Position numbers and translations under genes: made by a program. The notes below the pieces were generated by a model. That model did no database searches and was not told the origin of the DNA. It saw nothing but the letters and a program-made list of their open reading frames with translations. Shown one piece after another: positions 35,823 to 48,958 of a stretch of 64,000 nucleotides of DNA (position 1 is the stretch's first letter; the number at the start of each line of letters is the position of its first letter). Origin of the DNA: Fistulifera solaris. Lineage: Eukaryota. The DNA lies in the NCBI GenBank assembly GCA_030295235.1, contig AP026139.1:124001-188000 (forward strand), written 5' to 3'.

Positions 35823-38800
35823 ATGTCTTTGGAAGACAAGTTTAGTGCTTTAAGTTTGTCCGATGTGCCCTCGGTCATCGAGACCGCCAAGAAGGACTTG
35901 AAGGGCGTTGCCGCTGGAATCGAAGCTTTGAAGGCCCGTTGTGAATCCAAGGAAGACAGCGAAGCCATTGCTGCCTTGAGTTTGGTGCAGAAACTTATGG
36001 AAGAAGTTCCAGAGGCTCAGGCTTTCGTCAAGGAATGCCTTGGAGCATGTACGTAGCGTTATTCGATTCTATGCTTTCCTTTGTCATCAGCGACGACAGA
36101 AAATGCTCACTGCTTTATTTCTTTCTATCGAATTCAGGCCTAATGCAAACACTTCATAAGAGTGCCGAGGTGCGAAACCAGGCTGAAGCGACCGCGTTTG
36201 CTATTTGCGAGAAAATCAATCCTTTTGGTATGAAATCCCTCTTGCCCCAGATTTTCGCTGCCATGCCTGTGGAACAGAAGTGGCAAGTGCGAGAATTGGC
36301 GCTCAAATGCTTATCCAAGTTCAACAAGACTGCGCCGAAGCAGCTCGGAGATGCTCTTCCCGAGGTCATCCCCGAAGTCACCGCTTGCATGTGGGACACC
36401 AAGAAGCAAGTCAAGACTGCGGCCAATGAAGCTATGCAATCGGCCTTGGAGGTAATTGGAAACAGAGATATTGAACACATGACTGACAAGATTTTGAAAG
36501 CCATCACCACCCCCAAGGAAGTGCCCGAAATCATGCACAAAATGGCCGGTGTCACTTTTGTTCAATCCGTCGAATCGCCTGCGTTGGCCATGGTTGTGCC
36601 GTTGTTGCTTCGTGGACTTCGAGAAAAGAACACCGCTACAAAGCGACAGTCGGCTGTCATTATCAATAACATGAGTAAGCTTGTCGACAATCCTCTGGAT
36701 GCCGCTCCTTTCTTGCCCCTCTTGTTGCCTGCGTTGGAGCAGAACGCCGCATCCATTGCCGACCCCGAGGCTCGTGAGACCACCGAATTGGCTGTCAAGC
36801 AATTGCAACGCCTCAAGGGACTCGCTGATAAGCAAATGTCTGTCCGTGGTGACATTAGCAAGCTAGAGAACGAGTTCAAGAAGGCTTTCGGTATCGAGGA
36901 TGGTGATGCTAGCACGGAGCTTGTTGTCAAGTTCGCCGCTACCATTGCCACCACCATGATGGACTTGCATTACATGGAAGACATGCAATGGAAGAAGCAT
37001 GTTTCGGCTCAATTTACTGCTTTCTTTGATAGTGCCAAGTGCGAAGCTGCTACTGAAAAGGTCCGCGAAGAGGCTGAGAAGATGCTTGTCGTTCCCGAGG
37101 AAGACGATGAGGATGACGATGCCGAAGAATTGTGCAACTGCACTTTCACTTTGGCTTACGGTACCAAAATCTTGCTTCACAACACCAAGATGAAGTTGCT
37201 CCGTGGTCGTCGTTACGGTTTATTGGGAACCAACGACTGTGGTAAGACTACGTTAATGAGAGCTATTGCTAACAACCAGGTTGAAGGTTTCCCCGACACC
37301 GAGACTGTCCGAACCGTGTTCGTTGAAGCCGATATTCAAGGTGAACAATCGCATCTTTCGTGCGTCGAGTACGTCTTTATTGATCCCAAGATTCAGGCCA
37401 TGGGCATTTCCAGGGAAGAGGTCCGAACCGTTTTGGCTTCCGTCGGTTTCACTGAAGACGGAAAGGCCAAGCCCGACCACGCTGTGTCGACACTATCTGG
37501 TGGATGGCGCATGAAGCTTGCTCTTGCCCGTGCCATGTTGCAAAAGGCTGATATTCTTCTCATGGACGAGCCGACGAATCACTTGGATGTCATTAACGTT
37601 GCCTGGGTGAAGAAGTACTTGAATTCGTTGACCGACGTTACGTGTATCATCGTCAGTCACGATAGTGGCTTGTTGAACGACTGCTGCACCAACATTTTGT
37701 CTTTTGATAACCTCAAATTGAACACATTCAAGGGTAACTTGGATGAGTATGTCAAGGTCCACCCGCATGCGCGTGCGTACTTCACTCTCCAGACGTCTTC
37801 CAAGATGAAATTCAAATTCCCGCAGCCCGGCCCTATCGAAGGTGTGAAGAGTAGAGGAAAGGCTCTTATGAAAATGACCAACTGCACGTTCACGTACCCC
37901 AAGAACGAGAAGCCAACTCTCTTTGACATTACTGTGCAAGTGTCACTCAGTTCCCGTGTTGCCTGCATCGGTGAAAATGGAGCCGGAAAGAGTACCATGA
38001 TCAAGTTGTTGGTCGGAGAGATTGTTCCCCAAGTCGGTGAAGTTTGGAAGCATCCCAATGCTCGTATCGCGTATGTTGCCCAACACGCCTTCCACCACAT
38101 TGAAAGCCATTTGGACAAGACCCCGAACGAGTACATTCGTTGGCGTTTCGCGAACAACGGTGAAGATAAGGAAAGTTTGGTTAAGGTTTCCATGCAGTAC
38201 ACCGATGAGGAGATTGAGTTGCAGAAGAAGCCATTCGAGCTGCAAATTGTCGATGAGGCCAGTGGAAAGATCACCAAGGTGAAGAAGGTTGTTGCCGAAT
38301 TGGTTGGTGGCCGTAAGCAGAACAAGTCCAAGGAGTATGAGTATGAAGTTCGTTACGCCGGATCCACCGTCGAAAACGGTGAGTACCTGCCCGCCAAGAC
38401 CCTCAAGAAGATGGGTTGGGAGAAGGCTATGAAGGCGGTCGATTTGAAGCTCGCTCAGCGTGCCGGTATGTTCGTCAAGCCTCTTTCGACCAAGAACGTC
38501 GAAGAGCACTTGGAGGGCTGCGGTTTGGCTCGAGAGTTTGGTACCCATTACCGAATGAGCGCTCTGTCGGGTGGCCAGAAGGTCAAGGTCGTTTTGGCCG
38601 CGGCCATGTGGATGCAACCGCACATTGTGATTTTGGACGAGCCCACCAACTACTTGGATCGCGAGTCACTCGGTGCTTTGGCCGGTGCCATTGAAGAGTT
38701 CGAGGGAGGTATTATCATCATTTCTCACAACAACGAGTTCGTGGGCAAATTATGCCCCGAGACGTGGTTGATGGATGCCGGACATTTGGAGACCAAGGGT

Positions 38801-39025
38801 GACGCCGACTGGATGTTGAAGCAGGACACGAAGATTCAGGATCAAGTCCAAATTACCGAGATGACGGATGCTGCCGGTAACAAGATTGAAATCCAGCAAG
38901 ACAAGAAGAAGCTTTCGAAGAAGGAAGAAAAGGCTCTTATCAAGAAAATCAAGCAGAAGGTCAAGGACGGCGAGAAGTTGGACACGGACGAGGAAGAGTT
39001 TGCTTTTGAAAAGGATCTGTTGTAA
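35823..39025 (+). CDS. eEF3: Translation elongation factor 3 (eEF3-like ABC-F ATPase)
   Basis: HEAT region (KWQV…PEVTACMWDTK…TFVQSVESPALA), LCNCTFTLAYG, two ABC cassettes (LSGGWRMK, GENGAGKST, LSGGQKVK), insertion in ABC2, Lys-rich tail; intron 36049-36137; likely 5'UTR intron 35554-35788. Confidence 0.92.
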
Positions 39026-39084
39026 ACAGACATACGAATACTAATATTAAGGTCTTATTACATGTTAATCCGTACTTTCTCTTA

Positions 39085-39933
39085 TTATGTGCTCGGTGAG
39101 TAGTAGACCGTCGTGACAAACTTGGTTTTGTATCGTTGCGTGATCCCCAACACCATCATGTTGTCTCGAATGGCGGTACAATACAAATGATTCAATGCCA
39201 CATGCTGCGGCACCGGCAAGGCGGCCGTATCTTGCAACTGAGGTGGTTTATTCAAAATAATGTGTCGCAAATGAGGCGGCAGCGGTGGCGGTTCTTTCGT
39301 ATAATCATCAACATCGGGCATGAGGTTAGAAAAGACTTCTCCATCTTGATCGGGTTGCTTTTTGAGAGATCCTGTAGTCGCATTATCATCACTGAGATCG
39401 CCATCGGAATCGGCCGACGGCACCGACACAATGGTCTTGCCGTACATGGCGGCCGTCCGTTCCGTTTCAAAGGTTTTATCGCCAGTATAAGCTTTGAAAC
39501 CGGTGACATCAATGAAATTATTAATGCGCCCTTCTATATCGGCGACAGTCGGTTGATCCGGAGCGAAGCGCCATTCATCATCAACAATGAATTTGAAAGC
39601 GTGCTTCCCTCTTTTCAAATTGTGAATGTACGTAAAGTCATTGCCGGACCGGTGCATGGGAATTTGTCGACTCCAATTGTTGAAGGTGCCCGTAATATAA
39701 ACTTGTCGTCCGCCGTGTTCCCACCGAAAGACCGTCGGGACGGCATCATCATCCAACCAGTTGTCGGCCGGCAATTCTGTGGTATCCATCATGACGGTGT
39801 CGCGGTATTCTTGGACCGGAGGCGCCGCGGGAGGTGTGTCGTAACCGGCGTAATCGTAACTACTTCCCGGAATATTTTGTCGTGTTTCGTGCGGTTGTCC
39901 TCCCGCATTGGCTTGCAGTGGTGCATTTCCCAT
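39085..39933 (-). CDS. AMPK/SNF1 kinase beta subunit
   Basis: MGN myristoylation start, CBM48 (PTVFRWEHGG…FKFIVDDEW), ASC domain (PPPLPPHL…PQHVALNHLY…RYKTKFVTTVYY). Confidence 0.95.
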   Translation of the reverse strand: MGNAPLQANAGGQPHETRQNIPGSSYDYAGYDTPPAAPPVQEYRDTVMMDTTELPADNWLDDDAVPTVFRWEHGGRQVYITGTFNNWSRQIPMHRSGNDFTYIHNLKRGKHAFKFIVDDEWRFAPDQPTVADIEGRINNFIDVTGFKAYTGDKTFETERTAAMYGKTIVSVPSADSDGDLSDDNATTGSLKKQPDQDGEVFSNLMPDVDDYTKEPPPLPPHLRHIILNKPPQLQDTAALPVPQHVALNHLYCTAIRDNMMVLGITQRYKTKFVTTVYYSPST

Positions 39934-40380
39934 GTTTTAATTCGTTTGTATACAGCAAATGAAAGAAAGAAACAGTAGCAAATGAAAGAAAGAAACAGTA
40001 GGAAAGGGAAATATAATTGATTTAAAGAATAAAGACTCTTGTATTTGTAGCGCAACCAGAGGAAAACGACGGTTTTTTTTTTTTTTTGACACCGCTGCTT
40101 GTCCATCATGACAGTCTACAGTATGCAACAGTTTGCCTGACCGGTATTCGTTAGTCTGACAGTCCATCCGTAAAGGCGAATCATCCTCATCGGTTCGTCA
40201 TTTTTTTGAAAGTTCATCGCGTGTTGACTTTTTCTTGATTATACCCATTGCACGGAGTATTATTCATTTATTTGACGATGATTCATTCTATTATTTCTCA
40301 TTCTTGAATCATCATCTCATCACTGTATTCCTTCAATCAGCTTGTATACAGTACTGTAGCAACGAAACGTCGACACAGGC

Positions 40381-40704
40381 ATGGATCGTATATTCGCCAT
40401 TCAACAAGAACGTCTGTATCAATGGGATGCAGTTTACCGTTTACTGCAAGCCTTACCCCTGACCGGCCATCTTGCAGAGGCCGTCGAGCGTCTGCAACAC
40501 CATTTGCAAGAGCTGGATGCCCACAATGATTTGTTACTAGCGCTACAGACACTACCGCAGGTCCAAACTCCTCAAGATCATTGGATGTGGCAACAAACTA
40601 TGGTATCCCTGCTACAAAAAAACTTGCAACAAGAACATGAAGCGTATTTTAACAACAACGATCGGCCCGTCAAGAGAGCGCGGTATGCCGTGATCGACCG
40701 ATAA
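40381..40704 (+). CDS. Hypothetical helical protein (107 aa)
   Basis: ATG-initiated ORF, L/Q-rich, basic C-terminal RPVKRAR; flanked by AT-rich non-coding DNA. Confidence 0.5.
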   Translation: MDRIFAIQQERLYQWDAVYRLLQALPLTGHLAEAVERLQHHLQELDAHNDLLLALQTLPQVQTPQDHWMWQQTMVSLLQKNLQQEHEAYFNNNDRPVKRARYAVIDR

Positions 40705-41004
40705 AACTGTGTTTCTTCATTATGGCCTCGCAAGAGATACTCCTCTCTTCGGTGCATTGAGACTGATTTGACTCCAAATAATATAATAACTGTATGAATA
40801 TCGCTGTCTACTACTCCGTACTTTTTTATGATTTTAGCTGAATCAATATATCTTTTTCTAAGAGGACAAAAAAACAGCATAATATCTCATGAGGCAATGC
40901 ATCAAAAATAAATATTTATTTAGAGTAGTAGTACTATGGATTTCACAACCTTTCTGCCCGCAAATACATATTCTTATCCCAAACCTAACATTAACACAAC
41001 ATAG

Positions 41005-42505
41005 TTACGAGCTCCAATCCCAGGGTTCTTTCCGAGAACTATTGTCATTGGGTGACAAGGGCGATCGCCAGGATGAATACGAGCCAGGGGCACCGAGATC
41101 CGAACGATACGTATCGGGACGCCAGAATCCGTCACCGTAGTAGCGATCGCCGTAATACCGATCATCATATCGTGGAGGAGGATAGTTGAAGTTGTTGTTG
41201 TACTGTGGTCGGCCCGGGGGATACATTCCATTGTAAGGTGGCTCCCTGTAATAATAGTTGTCTCGTGGCGGCCGGTAATCCTGTCCGTACCTTTGGTTTT
41301 GCTGACCGTACCCCCATTGTATCGCTGTGTATCGTAATTTTGACCATAACCAGATGGCTGATTTCGAGAACCGCCATATTGTTGGGAATCGTAGTCTCGA
41401 TTGTATCCCGATTGTTCCGTCCGAGAACCTTTGGATTGTTGCGAATCACCATCTCGAGAATATCCCGTTTGATCCGTTCTCGGTGGAGAAGAATTACTCT
41501 TTGCGGCAGGCCAAGAAGCATATTTATCGTCCACCATTCGACCATTATACCTTCCGGACCTTATATCATACTCGGGGGTCTTGGATTGTACCCTCGCGGA
41601 TCCATTCGAGGGTCCATGTAGGAATCTCTAGCGTAAGGACCCGGCCCATAGGGGACATCGAAACCTCTTTCGTAAGGATTGTTCGGGATTCTCGCCCCTC
41701 GTAAAGCATCCCCTCGATTGAAATTTGCCGCATTGTCCGACCAAGAGTTTGTTTCTTTGATTCTCACCCCCTTGAGCGTATCCGCTGGATTGAAGACGGC
41801 GCCTTCTTCCACATTGAGCGAAGATCGCTGACTAGGTGACCGATTGTCATAGTATCCGTTACTGTCTGGTGCATTTGCGCTGTTGTAATTGTCCGAGGGA
41901 CTTCCTAAATCCGGTCGAGGCCCATTCTCCCGGGGTCCATTCGGTCGTTCCGACTGAAAGATATCTTCCGTCACACCGCGGGCAAAATCAAACCGTTTGC
42001 GTTGCGACGGCGCTTCACCGGGAACACCGATCCGCGTAAAGCCACGATCCGTGGGCGGCCCCATATTGACGCCCGGAGGTTCGCTGTCGTCCACCATCCG
42101 CGATCGCGGATCCCAAGTCGCTCCGGGCGGTGGACGACGGGGTCCGCGACTTCCGGGTCGTGGCATAGGGGGACTCACATTGCGTGGTGTTTGTTCTTTG
42201 GATCCTTTCGGTGATTCTTTCCCCAAATTCGCGGCGAACGGGAGAGGATCGCCTTCGGGAGACGACCGTCGTCGCGGTGGATTGTCACTGTTCGCCCCGG
42301 ATGCCTTTGACGAGTTATCCTTTCTCTTCGACGATCCTCCCTTGGAAGCATTATTCTTTGAACTCGAATTGTTGTTATTGTTGTCGTCGTTATCCGCTTT
42401 TCTCGCTAAACTCGTCCGTTTCGAAAGTCGCCCTACTCCCGTTGAAGTGAAGGAAGATCCGCCGTCGAGCGATAATAATATTAGCAGAAGACGATATATC
42501 TTCAT
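41005..42505 (-). CDS. Low-complexity P/G/R/Y/N/D-rich protein with signal peptide+F (putative plastid), two frame breaks
   Basis: MKIYRLLLILLSLDGGSS-FT; ORF pieces 41561-42505, 40974-41537 and 41005-41226 share composition and join at G/C runs ~41574 and ~41313. Confidence 0.65.
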
Positions 42506-43173
42506 GTTTGTAACAAACAAACAAGTCTCTAAAGAGTGGATTGATAGGCAACAAACTAGACTAGATGATTTCTCAACCAAACCGAATGAAACCAACGAGA
42601 TGTCATGTTCGTTTTGAATAAAAAACAGAGACGCGGGCTCGCAGACTTCTATCGCCAAAGGGAGGGAGGCCGGCCCCCAGAAAGATGCTGGTTCTTATTT
42701 GGTTCGCCAATCAACGTCACTATAGAACGAAGTGGTACAAGTGCGGGTCTTATTCTCGAACGCAAAAATGCATCGATTACGTCATACGCGGATAAAAGTG
42801 ACGTACGGAAGAAATCGAGAAACGATTCTACTCTATGTGTCAGAGTAAAAGTACTACGAAGTACTCCGTACGAAAGCAGGGGCTATAACCTTATCCCGAA
42901 TGTTGGTCAGGCTTTTAAAATAGTGTCGTCTTGGCGGTCAACGTTTAATCTCTAGGTTTGCAAAAGATATTTTGGAGCACAGAATAGAGTTAAACGGTTA
43001 CAATGAACTGCTGGTGAGCTAGTGGATGCCCATGACTATCATTTCGTCTATTCTACTCCTTGTATTGCTCCCCAACGGTCATGCAAACGTCAGTTCTATG
43101 ACGATGCTTCCTGAATCCTTTTTGTAGGCTACAAGCCCTTGATTCTCGCTCATCCACTAGGATTGCGTTGTGT

Positions 43174-43517
43174 TCAAAATGATCCCCGTCGTATTGGAAG
43201 CGAAGGCTGATCAGAAACAGGTGCCACGAAAGCCCAGTCCACCTTGATAATTTGCCGCAAAATTGCGTTCCGTGCATCCGATTGATAGCATCTTGGGCAT
43301 CGGATTGCTCCTGGAACTCGATGAGAGCATATTCTTTGGCTGTTCCATTCAAATTGCGATGCAATTTTACGCTTTGTACGTATCCAAAGTCGGAAAAGGC
43401 GTCGAGTAGATCCGTTTCTCGGGTCTCGCGAGGCAATCCCCGAACAAAGAGGACCCAGCCATTGCGCGATCGTATAGGACCGGGCCTTAATCTTTCAGGC
43501 TCCTCATGGCGAGACAT
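43174..43517 (-). CDS. RBM8A: RBM8A/Y14-like RRM protein (exon junction complex)
   Basis: GPIRSRNGWVLFVRGL…YALIEF…AQDAI…; adding one base at ~43251 restores KVDWAFV. Confidence 0.75.
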
Positions 43518-43954
43518 GTTCGGGAATTGCAAGCAATGGAACGGCACCAATTGAAGTATTTGCATCGAATGGTGCCGAGGAAATCGTCTTCGGTGCGGGG
43601 GATGACGGTGTGTTTTGCGTTGACGTAGTGATCCGAGAAACAGGTCAATCGTAGCAGATGGCTAACCCCTTGTCTTCAATTCCCATTTCCGTCTGCCACG
43701 TGTAAAACTGCAAGCGGTTTTCGATGACTGGTACAGAGTGAAATGAACTTCAATGTTCACTACTGATCAAAGTCATCGTTTCTGGTTTCCCGTTCCAATT
43801 TCTACATCTTACTACGACAAGATATGTGTGAGTCGGAGTATCATCGCCAACGGTAGTGCGAGAGTGCGAGGACCACCACAACTACCTGGTACTGGTGAGG
43901 TTGCGAAAGGCTATCTACTCCCGACTCCCGAGTCCGAAGTATTATGCTTCACCT

Positions 43955-44253
43955 TGCGTTACCTACAATGAAGTTTTGCAGATAAATGAAAATTATGAGA
44001 AGAGTTACGTTTGTAAACTATTCGAATGAAAGTTTTCACAAAAGTCGATCTAATCGGAAAAGGACTCCCGCCGGTCGTGGGAGTTCAAGATTCAATTCCC
44101 ACCAGTCGTGGGAGTTGTGATGTAGACTCCCACAGAGGATTCCCACACGGGTTCAGGATCCGAAGTGGGAATGTTGTCCTTGGTCTCGGCCCGATAGGGT
44201 TAGAGGCCGTGATTCTTAACTGCATAAGGTTCAGGTTAATCCTGGGCATTGCA
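43955..44253 (-). repeat. 3' LTR
   Basis: TGCGTTACC…GGCATTGCA, identical by eye to 48959-49257. Confidence 0.97.
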
Positions 44254-44378
44254 TTCTGCCTCTCAAGGTCCGGGAACGGACGAAGGACGGAATGTGGACC
44301 TTGCAGAACAAAACAGAAACAACCTTCCGTTTTAGAAGGAAAAAAATAAAAAGATCGGCCGTCCGAGAAGGGGGGTGT

Positions 44379-47300
44379 TCAGGAAGGAAATGGAGTTTCA
44401 TCTCGAAAAGGCTTGATACGACGAATGGAGATTCGTTCAATGACAGCCTCGTTCAGTTGGATGGTGACGGTGCCATTTGTGTGAACGCTGAGTGATGGGA
44501 AAAGGACCGCTGCGCGTGGTTCGAGCTTATTCGGTCGGAAGGATATTTTGAGGATTTTGTCGCCAGGTTGGTAATCGTCGCGGCTGTCGATTCTCTGCAA
44601 TGGACCGTTTGTCAACGAGTTGTTGACGATGTTCTTGGATATATTTCCAGTCGGCCAAGAGGGGAATGTCGAGAATCATGTCAGCGTCCGAAGGCCAAGG
44701 ATCCTGGGCTGGCTTTGAGGGAGCCATGTATGGCGGCGCGAGTTGCAAAAAAGACAAGTCGATAAGGCGTAATCAACCATGCGTTCTGCGCTCTGGATGT
44801 CTGTTGGGAGACGGGTAGATTGCATTGTTCGCAGGATGTTACCAACAGTTTGGTGCATGCGTTCGCAGATGCCATTCGAGCGTGGGTTTTGCTTGTAATT
44901 GGGCGACCGGTGATGCCGTGTTCTTCGAGTAATTGGTCAAAGTCGTAGCCAACAAATTCGCCTCCTTGGTCAAAAAATGCAAAAAAAGCGGACGTGGGTA
45001 GCGGTTTAGCCAGACAATCTCCAATTGACGAGACGTGGGCGGCGGTCTTATAAGTTCGACAAGGTTCGTGACTGTGTCAATGACTGTGAGTGCAGAGAAA
45101 GAGGCTTCTGTGTGGCCGACTTTCATGTGCCAAGGACCGATGAGGTCAACTGCAATATCCCTCCAGGGATGGGAATGAGCTTCACGAGGAGCGAGATGAC
45201 CATGGCCGCGGAGGATGTTCTTGCACTTTTGGCAATCTGCACAAATCGAAACAAAATGAGTAACGCGATCTCGGAGTTCAGGGTGGAAAAGGTGGATCGA
45301 CATAGTCTCAATCAACCGTTTTTGTCCAATGTGGCCGAGTCGCGAGATGATACCAGTGGATGGTATTGTTGAGCATGGAAGTGGGGAGAAAGATTTTGGG
45401 GTTTGTTTTGCCGTCTTTTTGATAGCAAATAATGTGTGTGTCAGGTGCGAGTTCAATTAGGGTGAAATTGCGAGGTGTTTTGGTTTGGAGTTGCGAGATA
45501 AGGACGTCTCCTTTCTGCTTTTCCAAGATGACGCGATAGTCTAGCTCGAAGGGAATTCCTTTGAGCGCAGGAAGACTAACGAAGGTGCTCCGAAGGTGAG
45601 TATCATCAGCCATGGAGAAGAATGCCAGCTGGGGCGGTGGTCGAGGGGTTTGAGCGCTATCCTCCCTCGTGTGTTTGGTGGGGTTGTTCGAACAGAGTGT
45701 TTTTATGTCTTCGCCGGGCAATGACTGGATCGGCAGACGGGACAGGGCGTCGGCTAAGTTGTTGTTCTGACCCTTGATGTATTTGAGTTGGATCCCAAAT
45801 TCGTCAAGGAAAAGACGCCAGCGCAGGACTCGCTCTTGAATTCACTGTTTCAAAGGTGTTGTTTTTGTGGTCGGTGTACACATGTAATTGTTGTACTCCG
45901 TGAAAGCATCGCGAAATTCCTTGAGTGTTTCCGACGATGGAGAGAATCTCCTTCTCACCGACTGTGTAATTGCGTTGAGCAGGATTAAGTTTTCGAGAGT
46001 AAAAGCACGGGTTTGCCGTCTTGGAAGATTGCAGCGCCCATTTGGTAGTCGCTTGCGTCAGCGTAGGACGTGAAACGGTTTGTTGTGGTCTGGATATTGA
46101 AGGAATGCTTCTTGTGCGAAGAGTGCTTTCATTTTGTCAAAGGCTTGTTGACATTTGGGGTCCCATTTGAGCTTGCCTTTCATTCCGGTCATTTGTGTTA
46201 ACGGTGCGAGGGATGTGTGCGCGTTTTGGATACATGTCGCGATAGAAGTTGACGGGCGCCAAGGAAGGATCGTAGCTGCTTGACCGTTCGTGGGGCTTGG
46301 ATTCGGAGCATAGCATCGACTTTCTTCTTCCAGGGCTTAAGGCCAGTTGGGGTGAGCCAGTAGCCAAGCCAATCGGTTTCTTGAACACACCATTCGCATT
46401 TGTTTGGGTTAATGGTGAAGTTGTTGTCTTGCAGGACGGCCAGGATCTTTTCAACAGATTGAAGATGCGATTCCAGGTCGTCGCTGAAGATGGCGATGTC
46501 ATCAATGTAGACTTCGCTCGGAGAAGGGGAGGAGGAGTTCTTCCATTGTCTCTTGTGCAATATCGGGTGCAGGAGAGACTCCCATAGGAAGGCGATTGTT
46601 GATAGTTGCCGAAGGGTGTGCAGATGACGCACAGTTTTTTGCTGTCGCCGCCGAGTTCAAACGTGTAGAACTGCATACTGACGCCGAAGCTCGTCAAGTA
46701 TTTGTATCCTTTGCGCCGTTTGAGGATGTCTTGAATGCGTGGTAAGTTGTATACCTTGCGTCGTAACACTTTGTTCAGCTGGCGGAAATCGGAAATCCAT
46801 CGGACAGAACCGTCTTTCTTCGGGATAATGAAAGATGGAGCAAGCCATTCGGAGGCACCCGTTCTGGTGAGTACGGTTTCCTTCGTAAGGCGCTCGAGTT
46901 CATTTTTGAAGACTGCCTCTTGTGATCGAGGGACAGGATAGGGTCGGCAGCGATATGGTTTTGCGCCGGGTTGGACTTCAAGACGGACTTTCTTTTGGGA
47001 TATTTGCCAAGCTTGCCAGAGAATAATTTTTTGAACTTGTCGAGAATGCGGCCGGTAAGCGCGTTGCGGGCTTAATTAAGGTGTTCTTGTTCGTCGGCGA
47101 CGGTTTGGGTGTCGACTGCTTGATAGTCGGATGGGAGTATTGCTTTGGACTTGTACCCTGCCTCTCTGATTGCATCTTCGTCATCTACGAGCATGGCATC
47201 GTGTGATTCAAGCATTTCTTTGCAGAACTTGTTGCGAATGAAGTAGTCGGCGGGTTTGAAGTCGATTGTGTTTTCGTTAAAAGAAACTGTTTGTTTTTCA

Positions 47301-48914
47301 AGTCGATTTTGATCGCGAGTGCTTGCAGGAGATCTTGGCCAATGATGATGTCGTAACCTGAATGTGGGTTATCAAAGATTGTGGCGCTGATAAGGACCTG
47401 GAGCTTTTTGCGATAGCGAAAATTCTGGAAGACAGATATTGGAGAGTAGAACTTGTTCGTTGTGGACCTGAGGTCCATGGAGACCAACAAATTGTTCACC
47501 TTTGATCTTGATCGTTTCGGTCCCTTTGGGAAGGGCTTTTCGATTGAACATTGTGCTGTCGGATCCGGAATCAAAAAGGACTCGAAGAGGCGTTTGTCTT
47601 TAGAAGACGATAGCGTAGTGTATATAAGGCTAATAGAGCGCATGCGAGACGAGTTCGTATCATAGATAGAGCCTACTAATTTTAAATCACTGCCTTCTCC
47701 CTCGGAGAATATCTTGTCACATGCCGCTACGAGAGCAGGCTCGTGTGATTCCAAGTTCTTAGACGTCTTTGTCTGGTTGACGAATGGAATGGAGTCAAGA
47801 TGATGTGAGTGATTTAAAATAGTGGAGGTGACGTAACAATCTGTTAACGCATCCGACTCGTTGAGATCAAACTCATAAGCGGGGGAGCACGGCGAATATG
47901 CCGGAGAGGTTGCCGAGAAGGCAGATGAATTGTCATTGTCAGTGGAAGCCATTTTGGAGATGACATTAGATTCGTTGTTCACGTCTTTATGTTTCTCGTT
48001 GGTATTGGCATCCTTGCCCTTGCCGTTCTTGTTCTTGGCGGCGGGTTTTTTGTTGGCAGATGGACGATCCGGGTTGTTGGCGTTCGAGAAGCATTTGCTC
48101 CAAGGGTGACCAGCACCTGGGTGGATGGGACAGTCATCTTTTGCTTGAACGGTTCTCTTTGCTTTTTTGTTGTCGTTGTATTTGTTGGTGTTTTTGCGCT
48201 TGTTGTTGTTATTGTCGTTGTTGTTGTTGTTGCTTTTGTTGAGGTTCTTGCGAAGGTTTACAGCTTCATCGAGTTCCTGGAGAGCTTTGAAATACTGACG
48301 GACTGTGAGGATGTCAACATCCGGTAGAGATTGCGACCGGCAGTGATGAATGCTGCCTGCCAATCATTCGGCATTGCGTCGAAGAAGTACTGCTTGATGA
48401 ATGCCTCAGGAAAGAGACAGTTGGGACCGGGAAGCCATTCAATGTACTGGTTGTACGTGTTCATGAGGCCGTAGAAGACCTCGGTTGGCATGCCTCGCGG
48501 TTTCTTCTTCTTGTGGATCTGGTTGACCAAATCGTGTTGGGTTTTTTCGTTGGCGTAGTGGTCGGCCAACCAAGCCATGACGAGGTTCTCAAACTCGGCG
48601 ACGACGTCTTTTTGCCCGTGGGGATGAAGTTCGTGACGGTCGTGTTCCAATTTTCTTGATGGAACGGAGAGAGTGCGCTTGAACGCGATTGGTAGCGAAG
48701 CTTCGAGGTCGGTTTCCGACAGTGACGACTTGGACGATTTCGGGGATGACAATGGTCACATGCTGCATGATCTTGCGAATGCCGAAATCGCTCAACAACG
48801 GAACAACAATTTCGTACTTGTTTTTCTTGATCATCCACTTGATGGGGTGCGATCGGTGGGCGGGTCGAAGACATAAGCCCAGTCAGGAGTAGTAGTAGTA
48901 GTAGGAGAGGTCAT
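44379..48914 (-). pseudogene. gag-pol of the retrotransposon, broken into many frames (decay or assembly error)
   Basis: Domain motifs are spread over more than ten ORF fragments. Confidence 0.85.
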
Positions 48915-48958
48915 TTTCTGAAAAAAAATTTACGTAGGAATTTTTGCTCTGATCAGAA

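Noticed and set aside
36154..39978. Long antisense ORFs over eEF3 and AMPK beta (e.g. 37657-38331, 39136-39978)
   Set aside because: Expected shadows of codon-biased sense genes; no domain motifs.
44026..44349. ORF MKVFTKVDLIGK… repeated at 49030-49371
   Set aside because: It is the LTR read on the opposite strand; the duplication is explained by the LTRs.
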